NCBI GenBank assembly: GCA_029260905.1
Contig: JAJDCH010000011.1
Span: 512-64,511, forward strand
Source: Candidatus Levyibacteriota bacterium
GTDB taxonomy: Bacteria; Patescibacteriota; Microgenomatia; Levybacterales; UBA12049
Reading direction: 5' to 3'
DNA: 64,000 nt
Positions 47,409 to 57,636 of this stretch are shown one piece after another. Position 1 is the stretch's first letter. Every line of letters starts with the position of its first letter. The notes under the pieces are model-generated. The model did no database searches. It was not told where the DNA came from and saw only the letters and a list, made by a program, of their open reading frames with translations. The translations under genes were made by a program, and so were the position numbers.

Positions 47409-48041
47409 TTAGTAGACGCGTTTTTTACAAGATGCAGAACCAAGCCATGTATGAGGGTTGCCATCCCAACACCATCCCAGATTAGGCTGCTTTTTTGCAT
47501 TAATCCAGATTGCAGGTACTCGTTGGTCACCCTCGTGTCGTGAGGCAAGTAAGGAAAAACAGTTATTCTTAATCAAAAATTCTGGATAGTGTGTAACTAT
47601 TGCAATACCTTCATCAATAGCAAGAGGCGAGCGACCCTTTTCTACTATTTTATTCATGGCTATGCTTGGGGGTTGATTGATATTGTCCTTACCTCTATCA
47701 ATATCTATAAGCAAGTAGGCTTTGGTGTTAGGAATGTTGACGTTTGAGATAGTGTTAAAGTCACTTGGTGTATGAGGGAACAATTTTATAATTCCAGTTT
47801 TACCATCCTTCTCAACCAATGACATAGCTTTATTGGTTGGGATTAAGTCGCTTTTAACGACAATTACAAAAGGTAAATATCCCTTATCAAAATCACCTTC
47901 TGGTAAATCAAGCTTCTCAACCTCTGCCCTTAATGGTTCAAGAAGATTAATAAATTCACTTTTTGAAATACCAGCTAATTTGTGGTATTCCTTTTGAACG
48001 AGATTTTGAAGTTGGTTATTAAATTCTTGTGTTAATTTCAT
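47409..48041 (-). CDS. Hypothetical protein
   Basis: 210 aa. No recognisable motif. C-terminal GWCWDGNPHTW. Confidence 0.4.
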   Translation of the reverse strand: MKLTQEFNNQLQNLVQKEYHKLAGISKSEFINLLEPLRAEVEKLDLPEGDFDKGYLPFVIVVKSDLIPTNKAMSLVEKDGKTGIIKLFPHTPSDFNTISNVNIPNTKAYLLIDIDRGKDNINQPPSIAMNKIVEKGRSPLAIDEGIAIVTHYPEFLIKNNCFSLLASRHEGDQRVPAIWINAKKQPNLGWCWDGNPHTWLGSASCKKRVY

Positions 48042-48259
48042 ATCATCCTTTATTGTACAAAATCTACTTAGATCTACAAAGACATAAGGCTAACAAATTA
48101 AGCACAAGCGGTTTGGATACCAAAGGCTTCAAATACTGCCTGGTGTTCTGTAGAGTAAAACCAAACCCTATCGGTTCTTAAATGGGTTTACCAAGGAGAA
48201 ATTGGGTAGTCTTTTTATGATATATTGTAAGTAGTATTCATACTTGATAAAATTGATTT

Positions 48260-48673
48260 ATGAAAAATACTTATATCAATATCCCCATCAGAAATGTAGC
48301 AGATACTGACAAGTTTTTCAGGGCGCTTGGAATGGAAAAAAATGAACAATTTGCAAGCGATGACACCACCAACGCACGAATTAATGATAATACTGTTTTG
48401 ATGCTTTTAGAAGACAAACGATTTGCAAGCTTTATCAAGCAAGAACCCAAAAAACTAGAGGGTGGCTTTATCGTCTCCCTGGAGTTTGAAAGTAAAGAAG
48501 AGGTTGATGCCATGTTTAAAAAAGCTATTGAAGCTGGAGCGACAGATACCACGAATTCAGACACAGCAGTTAATTTTATGTATGTTAAATCCATTAAGGA
48601 TATAAACGGGCATTACTGGGAGTTTTTTGTTATGTTGGGTCAAATGCCAACAGCTGAGCACCCCGCAACTTAA
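48260..48673 (+). CDS. VOC-family (glyoxalase/bleomycin-resistance fold) protein
   Basis: Beta-alpha-beta-beta-beta module pattern with a C-terminal HYWEF block. Confidence 0.55.
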   Translation: MKNTYINIPIRNVADTDKFFRALGMEKNEQFASDDTTNARINDNTVLMLLEDKRFASFIKQEPKKLEGGFIVSLEFESKEEVDAMFKKAIEAGATDTTNSDTAVNFMYVKSIKDINGHYWEFFVMLGQMPTAEHPAT

Positions 48674-48717
48674 ACCTAAACCATAGATTTATCCTGAAAT
48701 TAGTGTATAATACAGAT

Positions 48718-48849
48718 ATGGCAAAAAGAGATACAGGAGTTGGGAAAAAAAGAAATAAATTAAAAAGACCTCACAAAACAGCAAAGCGCTTGATGGCCAA
48801 AAAAGTCATGCTTGAAGCTAAAAAACCTGCAAAACGCCGCGCAAAATAA
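48718..48849 (+). CDS. Small highly basic ORF (43 aa, MAKRDTGVGKKRNKLKRPHKTAKRLMAKKVMLEAKKPAKRRAK)
   Basis: ATG lies 8 nt downstream of TATAAT (near-leaderless). Below the track size cutoff. Composition resembles a ribosomal protein or a nucleic-acid binder. Confidence 0.25.
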   Translation: MAKRDTGVGKKRNKLKRPHKTAKRLMAKKVMLEAKKPAKRRAK

Positions 48850-48870
48850 AACTCCTGATATAATGACTAG

Positions 48871-49266
48871 ATGAATGCAATAGTCGCATCAGACAAAGTT
48901 TACGTAGCAAAATCAAAAATTCCTGATTCTGGTCGTGGAGTGTTTGCGAGAGTTGATATCAAAAAGAAAGATATTATCGAAATCTGTCCTCTGATAGAGA
49001 TACCAGTAAATGATTTTGCAAACATAAATCAAAGCTTTCTGGTCACATACTTTTTTTCTTTTGGTAAAGCCAAAAATAAACTGGCAATAGCCCTTGGTTT
49101 TGGCGCAATTTATAATCATACCTATACCCCCAATGCTACATATAAAAAAATTCCTCGAGAAAGCATTATGAAATTTATCGCGCTTAAACACATCAAAAAA
49201 CACCAAGAAATAACCGTAAATTATAATAACGGTGATCCTGATGACAAAACTCCTCTCTGGTTTTAA
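48871..49266 (+). CDS. SET-domain protein (putative protein-lysine methyltransferase)
   Basis: GRGVFA, NHTYTPN (NHSCxPN-like) and EITVNY (GEELTxxY-like) SET blocks. Confidence 0.65.
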   Translation: MNAIVASDKVYVAKSKIPDSGRGVFARVDIKKKDIIEICPLIEIPVNDFANINQSFLVTYFFSFGKAKNKLAIALGFGAIYNHTYTPNATYKKIPRESIMKFIALKHIKKHQEITVNYNNGDPDDKTPLWF

Positions 49267-49315
49267 AAAGTCATTTTCTTCCAAAAAACTTACATTTCTG
49301 ATATAAAATATATTT

Positions 49316-50212
49316 ATGTCAAATAAAAAAGTTATCATCCCCCATCTGTGGTTTGATACGCAGGCCGTTGAAGCAGCTGATTTTTATATATCGACATTTG
49401 GTAAAGGATCAAAAATTACCAACAAGTCAGAACTTCACAACACCCCATCAGGAGATGTGGATACAGTGAGTTTCAATCTCTTGGGAATGGACTTTATGGC
49501 AATTTCAGCTGGTCCATTTTTTAAACTCAATCCATCAATCTCATTTATTGTTGGCTGCGAAACCAAAGAAGAGGTAAACAGACTTTGGGAAAAACTATCA
49601 GAAGGCGGAAGAGTACTGATGCCTCTTGGTAAGTATCCATTTAGTGAACGCTTTGGATGGATCCAAGATAAGTTTGGCCTTTCATGGCAACTAATTTTTA
49701 CACATCCTGAGGGTGATGAAAGACCCAAAATTGTTCCAGCGCTTCTTTTTGTAAATGAAGTATCCGGAAAAGCAGATGATGCGATCAAATTTTATTTATC
49801 TGTTTTTAAAGATTCCAAGATGGGTAGCAAGATGACATATGGACCAAATCAAAAACCAGAAAAGGAAGGAAACATCATGTTTGCCGATTTTCAGCTTCTT
49901 GATACATGGATTGCTGCTATGGATAGCTCTCTAGACCACAAATTCAACTTTGGTGAGGCAATCTCATTTATCGTTAATTGTGACACACAGGAGGAAATTG
50001 ACTACTATTGGGAAAAATTATCAGCAGTTCCAGAATCTGAGCAATGTGGCTGGCTCAAGGATAAGTATGGTGTCAGCTGGCAGATAATTCCAGAGATTCT
50101 TGAGAAGATGCTTGAGAAAGGCAGCAAAGAGCAAGTTAAACGTGCTACGGAGGCCTTTCTCAAAATGAAAAAATTTGATATTAAAGAGCTAGAAAAAGCC
50201 TATAAAGGATAA
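49316..50212 (+). CDS. Tandem-duplicated PhnB-like VOC protein (two 3-dmu-9_3-mt-type domains)
   Basis: Two repeats each ending WEKLS...FGxxWQL / CGWLKDKYGVSWQIIP. Paralogous to the gene at 35888. Confidence 0.6.
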   Translation: MSNKKVIIPHLWFDTQAVEAADFYISTFGKGSKITNKSELHNTPSGDVDTVSFNLLGMDFMAISAGPFFKLNPSISFIVGCETKEEVNRLWEKLSEGGRVLMPLGKYPFSERFGWIQDKFGLSWQLIFTHPEGDERPKIVPALLFVNEVSGKADDAIKFYLSVFKDSKMGSKMTYGPNQKPEKEGNIMFADFQLLDTWIAAMDSSLDHKFNFGEAISFIVNCDTQEEIDYYWEKLSAVPESEQCGWLKDKYGVSWQIIPEILEKMLEKGSKEQVKRATEAFLKMKKFDIKELEKAYKG

Positions 50213-50214
50213 GT

Positions 50215-50601
50215 ATGTTTAAAAACACACCTGCATTTAGCGGATTTTCAGTTGATAACCTTGAGAAAGCGAGAAAATTTTATGGTGAAACACTTGGTAT
50301 AGAGATCGAGAAAGATGAAATGGGACTACAGCTCAATCTAAAAGGAGCAGGTAAAATATTTGTTTACGAAAAAGAAAACCACATCCCTGCAACTTTCACA
50401 ATTCTTAATTTCGTAGTTTCGGACATAAACAAAGCAGTTGAAGAATTGTTGAAAAAAGGCATAACGTTTGAACACTACACAGGCGATATGGCAACGGATG
50501 AAAAAGGAATTCTTCGAGGAATTGCAGCCAACATGGGTCCTGATATTGCCTGGTTTCGAGATCCAGCTGGTAATTTTCTTTCAGTGCTTCAAGAAAAATA
50601 A
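50215..50601 (+). CDS. Glyoxalase/VOC-family protein
   Basis: VDNLEKARKFYGETLG N-terminal VOC motif. Confidence 0.6.
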   Translation: MFKNTPAFSGFSVDNLEKARKFYGETLGIEIEKDEMGLQLNLKGAGKIFVYEKENHIPATFTILNFVVSDINKAVEELLKKGITFEHYTGDMATDEKGILRGIAANMGPDIAWFRDPAGNFLSVLQEK

Positions 50602-50647
50602 TCTCATTTAATCTCTCCAGTTTCTGTGCTAGAGTATATACATACCT

Positions 50648-51169
50648 ATGATTGATCAAGTGAATACTCCAAACCAAACACCCATCCAGACAGATAATCA
50701 GGAAGGTGAAAAAATGCAGGAAGTAGAAAAGGCCGCTGAAAAAATCTCAGAAGAGCTGCATGTTGAACTTCCCGCCAAGGGACTTCTCTTTCCAATAAGA
50801 ATAATCGCGCTTTTTGCACTTTTGGGAGGACTTGGGATAATAGGTAGTGGTTTTGCTGATATCCTTGATGCGACAAAAAACAATGTTTGGATATATATAT
50901 TTCGAACCCTAGTTGGATTATTAGCACTGGCTGCAGCATATGGAATAATCGAGCATCAACGTTGGGCTTTGTGGCTTTTTGGACTGATTGTTTTTATGGG
51001 TCTTGTTATAAATCCAATTATCACTCTCTTTCCTCTGGCTGCACTTGTTTATTTATTTACAAAACGAGGACTTTTTGAACCTTCAAGATTTGATAGACTT
51101 CTTGACTTAGTCTGGCAGGCAATTAGAGAAAAGGTTCAAAAACAAAAACCAACAGATAATTTATCGTAG
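50648..51169 (+). CDS. Hypothetical membrane protein (3 TM helices)
   Basis: Hydrophobic helices only. The start is uncertain. Confidence 0.35.
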   Translation: MIDQVNTPNQTPIQTDNQEGEKMQEVEKAAEKISEELHVELPAKGLLFPIRIIALFALLGGLGIIGSGFADILDATKNNVWIYIFRTLVGLLALAAAYGIIEHQRWALWLFGLIVFMGLVINPIITLFPLAALVYLFTKRGLFEPSRFDRLLDLVWQAIREKVQKQKPTDNLS

Positions 51170-51208
51170 CTCTTACTTGTTGAGAGTCTTGGTATACTGT
51201 ATTTAGTT

Positions 51209-51406
51209 ATGCAATTTCTAGGTCTTACATTTCAAGTTACTGGCGAGGTCATGATAGGGCTTACTGCCATCATGGTACATAGACGTGTCTGGAAAGAACA
51301 CAAAATAGATCCTGCAGTTTATAATGAAATGCGAAGAGAGCAGACAGTGGGGATACTGGGAATTTCTTTTCTGATAATCGGATATTTCTTGCAGGTTCTC
51401 TTTTAG
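51209..51406 (+). CDS. Small hypothetical membrane protein
   Basis: 65 aa with two hydrophobic segments. Confidence 0.2.
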   Translation: MQFLGLTFQVTGEVMIGLTAIMVHRRVWKEHKIDPAVYNEMRREQTVGILGISFLIIGYFLQVLF

Positions 51407-51630
51407 TCTTATTTTTTTACTTTTCTTCTTGATTCAGATTTATATTGCAGCTGAGCTGTTAACTCTTCAATTACAGATGCCAATAATCCATATACAATGA
51501 GTGCGAAAAGTGCTGAGAATTCTATCACAAATCCTCCTTCTATAGCAGGTGAGGGGAACATGCCTGTAACATGCGCACGAAGAGGTGCGCTTGTTTCATA
51601 AACCCATTTCAGTTCTGCTATAATTTTTCA

Positions 51631-52920
51631 ATGAAAACATTCTACAATCTTCTAGGAGTTGGACTTATCGCTGCAACGACAAATAATTTTGCTTGGTTCG
51701 CACTTACCTATTTTGCCTACCTTGAAACAAAGTCCGTAATTTCTACATCTATGATTGGTGGTATTTATCTTGTCGCTACAGCCTTTTCTGGTTTTTGGTT
51801 TGGTTCAATTATAGATAACCATAAAAAGAAAAGCACAATGATTGGATCATCTATCGCAAGTCTCATTTTTTTTACATTAGGTTTTTTAATTTTCTTGATG
51901 TCTCCAGCAAGTGCATTCCAGAGCGTAACAAGTCCTATCCTTTGGATTTTTGCACTTCTAGTCTTAGCAGGTACAATCTCAGGAAATATCTATAATATTG
52001 CAATACCTACACTTGTTGCTGTTCTTGTTCCAGAAAAAAATAGAGACAAAGCAAACGGGCTATTTGGAACGATTATTGGAGTTGCTTTCGCTATTACCTC
52101 AATTGCATCAGGGCTCGTTCTTGGATTCATGGGAATGTATTGGATCTTTGTAATTGCTATCATGTTTACAATTGTTGCTCTTATTTATCTCATTTTTATT
52201 TCAATTAATGAAAAAAGGATAATACATACAGAGGAGACACCAAAAAGAATTGATATAAAAGGAACAATAAAAGTAGTTAAAAATATCCCAGGTCTTTTTG
52301 CCCTTATCTTCTTCACAACCTTTAACAATCTTCTTGGTGGAGTGTTCATGGCGTTGATGGATGCTTATGGATTGTCTTTAGTATCAGTTCAAGTCTGGGG
52401 TCTTCTATGGGGATTTTTAAGTTTTGGATTCATATTTGGGGGACTTTTCATCGCCAGACGAGGACTTGGTAAGCATCTTCTCAGAAATCTCTTTAGAATA
52501 AATATCGTCACATGGACAGTTTGTATTTTCTTTACAATCCAGCCCTCAATCATTCTTTTGACGATCGGTACGTTTATTTGGATGAGTCTTATACCATTTA
52601 TTGAAGCCACAGAACAAACTATAATTCAAAAAGTAGTACCGCGTGAACGACTTGGTCGTGTCTTTGGTTTTGCACAAAGCATTGAACAAGCAGCATCCCC
52701 ATTAACAGCATTTATAATTGGCCCTATTGCACAATTTATTTTTATCCCCTTCATGACAACTGGTGTAGGAGTTAAATTAATTGGTAGCTGGTTTGGTATA
52801 GGAACTGGGCGAGGAATCGCACTGGTATTTATAGCCGCAGGAATAGTAGGACTTATTGTTACGTTAATTGCTATGCGTTCTACTTCTTACAAAATTCTTG
52901 CAGAAAGATACAGAAAATAA
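51631..52920 (+). CDS. MFS transporter
   Basis: 12 TM helices. Start is moved to the ATG at 51631, which lies 7 nt after TATAAT. Confidence 0.7.
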   Translation: MKTFYNLLGVGLIAATTNNFAWFALTYFAYLETKSVISTSMIGGIYLVATAFSGFWFGSIIDNHKKKSTMIGSSIASLIFFTLGFLIFLMSPASAFQSVTSPILWIFALLVLAGTISGNIYNIAIPTLVAVLVPEKNRDKANGLFGTIIGVAFAITSIASGLVLGFMGMYWIFVIAIMFTIVALIYLIFISINEKRIIHTEETPKRIDIKGTIKVVKNIPGLFALIFFTTFNNLLGGVFMALMDAYGLSLVSVQVWGLLWGFLSFGFIFGGLFIARRGLGKHLLRNLFRINIVTWTVCIFFTIQPSIILLTIGTFIWMSLIPFIEATEQTIIQKVVPRERLGRVFGFAQSIEQAASPLTAFIIGPIAQFIFIPFMTTGVGVKLIGSWFGIGTGRGIALVFIAAGIVGLIVTLIAMRSTSYKILAERYRK

Positions 52921-52950
52921 CTTTTTGTTTGCTATAATCTATCTACATTT

Positions 52951-53853
52951 ATGAAACGTGATACAAAACAATTAGTTATTTTTTCCATTCTTTCCCTTCT
53001 TCTCCTTAGTCCCCTTGCCTATCTTGCTGGAACACAAAGCAGTACAAAAAATGACCAGTCTATAATAAATTCAATTAAAAACGCTTATGCTGCAAAGCCT
53101 AGCCCCTCCCCAATCCCTCCAACTCCCACTCAAAAAGTCTATGAATTCAGCAAATACACTCCTCCTCAGAAAACAAAAAAGTCTGAATACAAAATTTTTA
53201 TGCTTGGTGACTCTATGACAGATGCTCTCGGTCCACATGGAGGGGAATTTAGCGAAAATATAAATTTGCTTTATAAAAAAAATGGCATAGGGATAATAAT
53301 TGATAATTATGCATCACCATCAAGCAACATCTTATCTCTTGATCAAAATATGAGAAAAGAAATAAGATCTTGGGATGTTGATTTTAAACCAATGCTTGAT
53401 CAGGATTTTGATTTAGTACTCATTGAATCATTTGGCTATAATCCCCTCTCGCAATTTGGAATAACTGATGGAATAAAAGAACAAAATACAGCTCTTGGAA
53501 AAACACTCACAACTATAATAAATAATAATCCAGAAGCCTCAATTGTTTTTGTCGCAACCATTGCACCAGATAAACAAACTTACAACGCAGCCAACAATCC
53601 TGGCTCCACAATACAAGAGAGAACCGAACAAGCTGATGAAAGAATTATTTACCTAAAAAACCATATAAGTTATGCAAAATTTCACAACATTCCAGTTGTA
53701 AATATTTTTGAAAAATCTCTTAGCAATCAGGGCGATGGGAACACCAAATACATAAATCCTGATGATAATATCCATCCATCAGCTGTGGGAATTGAACTCA
53801 TCAGCAAAGAACTCGCAGATTTTATCTACAACAACCAAATACTCCCTTACTGA
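52951..53853 (+). CDS. Secreted SGNH/GDSL-like hydrolase
   Basis: Signal anchor, FMLGDSMTDALG (block I) and DNIHPS (block V). Confidence 0.5.
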   Translation: MKRDTKQLVIFSILSLLLLSPLAYLAGTQSSTKNDQSIINSIKNAYAAKPSPSPIPPTPTQKVYEFSKYTPPQKTKKSEYKIFMLGDSMTDALGPHGGEFSENINLLYKKNGIGIIIDNYASPSSNILSLDQNMRKEIRSWDVDFKPMLDQDFDLVLIESFGYNPLSQFGITDGIKEQNTALGKTLTTIINNNPEASIVFVATIAPDKQTYNAANNPGSTIQERTEQADERIIYLKNHISYAKFHNIPVVNIFEKSLSNQGDGNTKYINPDDNIHPSAVGIELISKELADFIYNNQILPY

Positions 53854-53898
53854 TAAGTCTGTTTTATTTTTTTTCCATATATACTAAACTAATTACAT

Positions 53899-55236
53899 AT
53901 GGGCTTAAAACCAATACTGACTAATCCCTCAACAGCAATCATTATCGCAACTGCACCAACTGGCCTTGGACATCTGAGAGTTACTGATGCTCTATATCAC
54001 GGCTTGCCCAAGGGTTCATCTCCTGTTCTACTTGGTGCTAAAGCGGATGCAGAAAGCGCTCTCTATAGATTTATAAGTATTCATCCACTGACCAGAAGAT
54101 TTATGGAGTTTTCCCAAAATCCTCCATTTGAAAAAATTGTAACCAAAGTTGGCACATTTATCATGCATAAACGCACAAAAAATATCTACAGACAAATTAA
54201 AACAATTTTGGGAGGAAGATTTGTTGTACCAAAAACAATTGTGCTTGTCGCTGCCCATGCTATACAAGGTCATCAAATTGCTGCAATAAAAGAAACACTC
54301 GAAAAAGAGATGAATGCTAAGGTTTTTCTTGCTATCCAAATCACTGATGATAGTCCTCAAACAGTATGGTATGTTGACGGAGCAGATGTGATATTCGCCC
54401 CAAGCGAATACACCAAAACCCATTTGGTTTCATTCGCAAAAAAAGACGAGTTGAAAGAAGTGCCAATAGAAGTAACAGCATATCCTGTTAGCCCTCTTCT
54501 TGCAGAAAATTTAACAGATCATGCTTTTGAAAATAAAGTATCCCAAACAGATCCTGAATCATCATCCAAAATTCATATGACAATTCCTGTTCCGGGCGCA
54601 GCAGTTGGAACCTCTTTTATGTCTGATTTTATCAAATCGCTAAACAAACATTCACCAAGATTTCTATTTCATGTAGTATCAAGAAAGGCGCCTTTTACTG
54701 AAAGCTTTCTAAACTTGATGTATGATCTTGAATACGTACAAGTCAAGGCATCTTATCATGACAGGGAAACGGTTGCTTCATATGAGGAAATTTTTAAGGA
54801 TGAAATAATATCTTTGGAGCTAACCAAGCCAAGCGAACAATCATTTAAAGCACTCATAGATCCCAGAAAACGAGGAGGTTGTATAATACTTTTTTCAAAT
54901 CCAGTTGGGAGACAAGAATATGACAATCTCAACTTCCTAAAAAACCACAATCTTATGCCAAGAAGCGCTGATTCAAAACTTCTCTGGAAAATGTCCAGCG
55001 AGAATCAACCCCTTACAGATGAGGTACTAATCAAAAAATCTCATAATTGGAGAGCGCTACTCCTTCCTGATGATCCTAATAAAGCATCCTCATTTACCCT
55101 TTGGTGCTTAAGAGAAAAGCTCTTCTCAAACATGATGACATATTCCCAGAAAACAGAAAGCATTGAATTAAAATCAACTGGAGTTGAACAGTTTTGGAAA
55201 AAAATTGAGGAGTATTTAAGCAATCCTACTATCTAA
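53899..55236 (+). CDS. Hypothetical protein, possible GT-B glycosyltransferase (MurG/MGDG-synthase-like N-terminus)
   Basis: IIIATAPTGLGHLRVTDAL resembles the glycine-rich N-terminal loop of GT28 enzymes. Otherwise unassigned. Confidence 0.3.
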   Translation: MGLKPILTNPSTAIIIATAPTGLGHLRVTDALYHGLPKGSSPVLLGAKADAESALYRFISIHPLTRRFMEFSQNPPFEKIVTKVGTFIMHKRTKNIYRQIKTILGGRFVVPKTIVLVAAHAIQGHQIAAIKETLEKEMNAKVFLAIQITDDSPQTVWYVDGADVIFAPSEYTKTHLVSFAKKDELKEVPIEVTAYPVSPLLAENLTDHAFENKVSQTDPESSSKIHMTIPVPGAAVGTSFMSDFIKSLNKHSPRFLFHVVSRKAPFTESFLNLMYDLEYVQVKASYHDRETVASYEEIFKDEIISLELTKPSEQSFKALIDPRKRGGCIILFSNPVGRQEYDNLNFLKNHNLMPRSADSKLLWKMSSENQPLTDEVLIKKSHNWRALLLPDDPNKASSFTLWCLREKLFSNMMTYSQKTESIELKSTGVEQFWKKIEEYLSNPTI

Positions 55237-55510
55237 AATGCATACTTTTATCATGTAAATTTTTGCTCCAAGTAGGTTTTTTTGTTATCTTTATAGAATT
55301 ATCTGGTGGGGCTAAAGCAATGATATAGGTTATATCTTTTTTAAAATATTCAAATGCGCTTGCTGATTTTTTAAAAAAATAACCATGTTTATCATAAAAA
55401 GAGGAATCAATGCAAAAACAAATTGAAAAGAATAGAATTCCAAACAAAACTCCAAACTACCCAACGCACCATAATACCTTATATCACTTACTCTTGCTAT
55501 AATAAATGAG

Positions 55511-56383
55511 GTGAACATCTATGCACTTCTTATCTTTGGAATGATTCTTTGGGGAATGTATCCCATCTTTACACATCACTTTGTTGAAAGCGTTGATCCA
55601 TTTTTTCTTGTAGCTATCACTACACTTTTTTCATCTATTCCATTCATGGTAAAGATTGCTTTTCAAAAAAAACTAAGAACAATATTCTCTCAAAAAACAC
55701 TTTTACAACTTATCCCAGTTGCGTTATTTGCAGGAGTAGGACATTTATTTCTGTTTGTCGGAACAAGTATAACAACAGGTATAAATACAGGAATTCTCCT
55801 TCAAATTGAACCTGCATATGCTCTTCTAATTGGGATTATTTTATTTCATGAAAAATTTAAAAAACAAAGGTTTTTTGCAACCCTAATAATGGTTATAGGC
55901 GCAATGTTTATTGTTTACAAAGGAACTGCAATGCCAAACACAGGAGATGTTTTGGTTCTCCTTACTACTCTCATGTATCAACTCTCTCACTCTTTTGCAA
56001 AAAAATTACTTAATAAAAAAATTGATTCAGCCATTATTCTCTGCGGGAGACAGTTAATTGCAGGAATTATTCTGATTAGCATTTTTGGCACTACAAATAG
56101 TTCTTTCATTAAATTTATTCAAACACCATCATATATTTGGATTGGATTTTACTTAGGTTTTTACCTTGCAGCTGTAACCTTCATCTGGTATGCAGCACTT
56201 AGAAAAATGCCGCTTTCTGTAGCATCCTCATTTCTTCCTCTTACTGCAGTTGTTGCATTTCTTGGATCAGTATTTTTCCTTAAAGAAAATATAAATTCGA
56301 ATCAAATAATTGGATTTGTTTTTATAATCTCCGGCATGATCTGGCTTGGAAAGATAAATAGATCTAAAGTCACAAAATCTTAA
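55511..56383 (+). CDS. EamA/DMT-superfamily transporter
   Basis: 10 TM helices in a duplicated 5+5 arrangement. Confidence 0.7.
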   Translation: MNIYALLIFGMILWGMYPIFTHHFVESVDPFFLVAITTLFSSIPFMVKIAFQKKLRTIFSQKTLLQLIPVALFAGVGHLFLFVGTSITTGINTGILLQIEPAYALLIGIILFHEKFKKQRFFATLIMVIGAMFIVYKGTAMPNTGDVLVLLTTLMYQLSHSFAKKLLNKKIDSAIILCGRQLIAGIILISIFGTTNSSFIKFIQTPSYIWIGFYLGFYLAAVTFIWYAALRKMPLSVASSFLPLTAVVAFLGSVFFLKENINSNQIIGFVFIISGMIWLGKINRSKVTKS

Positions 56384-56402
56384 GGTTTGTTATAATCAAA
56401 TT

Positions 56403-57029
56403 ATGAGAAATGTTTTTCCTGCAGTTTTATTTTTTTTCGCAATCACATTTGCGCTTTTTATATTCAATGGTCAACAGAAAACCAGTAATCAATCATCAAA
56501 AAGTCCTACACAAAATAAAATATCTCCAACACCCCTTCCCCCAACTCCTTTCAACTGCAAAAACCCGCTTCCACAAATAATAGAAGGGCCTTACTACAAA
56601 ACAGGCACTCCTGAAAAAAATAATTTTCAAAATGATGTAGCTACTGGTGAAAAGATAACTCTTGCTGGATATGTATCAGATGAAAATTGTCAACCAATTC
56701 AAGACGCTATCCTTGATTTTTGGCAGACAGATACAAATGGTGAGTATGATAATACTGGTTATAATCTAAGAGGATATCAAAAAACAGATAGCTATGGAAA
56801 ATACGAACTAAAAACAATTATCCCAGGAGCTTACGAAAACAGAACACCTCATATTCATGTAAAAATAAGACCATCTCCTGTTTCTCCTGAAACAACATCT
56901 CAGCTTTATTTCCCTGGAAGCGTAAATCAAAACAATGATCCTATTTTTTCTGAGGCAACGATGGTAAAAATAATTGAAAGCAATGGAGCAAAAACCGCTT
57001 ACTATAATTTCGTAGTGAAAACAAATTAA
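56403..57029 (+). CDS. Secreted intradiol ring-cleavage dioxygenase-like protein
   Basis: Signal anchor, then GYVSDENCQPIQDAILDFWQTDTNGEYD...PGAYENRTPHIHVKI (dioxygenase_C fold). Confidence 0.65.
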   Translation: MRNVFPAVLFFFAITFALFIFNGQQKTSNQSSKSPTQNKISPTPLPPTPFNCKNPLPQIIEGPYYKTGTPEKNNFQNDVATGEKITLAGYVSDENCQPIQDAILDFWQTDTNGEYDNTGYNLRGYQKTDSYGKYELKTIIPGAYENRTPHIHVKIRPSPVSPETTSQLYFPGSVNQNNDPIFSEATMVKIIESNGAKTAYYNFVVKTN

Positions 57030-57043
57030 TAATTTGCTAAACT

Positions 57044-57634
57044 ATGTTTATGGCGAAAATAAAAAATCAAAAAATATTTTCTCCTCGTTTTGCGCTTTAT
57101 CTTTTCATTATTATTGTCTTTGCCTTTTTTCTTGGTTGGCAAAACACCATCTCATCTCCTGAATATGCTGCATATCAAATGTTTAAAGCAGTCAGGGAAA
57201 AAGACTATCAAAAATTTGAAAAATACGCCGATGTTGACTCAATTGCTGAAAAGGGTGTTGATGAATTTGCAAAAAAATTTCCTGAAAAGTCTCCCCTCAA
57301 ATTAAATTTAAATGTTTTAAACATAGTAGGACTGAATCTTTCCCATGAGATAGACATTGCTGCCATGAAACCTGCTGCTGTTGAAAATGTAAAAAATGGT
57401 ATAAGGGAAGCTGTTGAAGAGGGTTATATAAAAGGGGCAAGCTATAGTGAAGACAGCCTTGTTAAAGCAATGCAAGAAATAAAATCAGAAAAAGAAGATG
57501 GTTTTGTAAGAATTACTGTGCCAATTGATGAAAAACCCTTTTATATGAATATGAGAAAAATTAATGGTCATTGGGAAGTCTTTGAAATAGACATCAACTC
57601 CCCCAGTATAAAAGCTGCTTATCCAGAAAAATAA
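57044..57634 (+). CDS. Hypothetical membrane-anchored protein
   Basis: N-terminal TM segment. No motif. Confidence 0.35.
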   Translation: MFMAKIKNQKIFSPRFALYLFIIIVFAFFLGWQNTISSPEYAAYQMFKAVREKDYQKFEKYADVDSIAEKGVDEFAKKFPEKSPLKLNLNVLNIVGLNLSHEIDIAAMKPAAVENVKNGIREAVEEGYIKGASYSEDSLVKAMQEIKSEKEDGFVRITVPIDEKPFYMNMRKINGHWEVFEIDINSPSIKAAYPEK

Positions 57635-57636
57635 AA

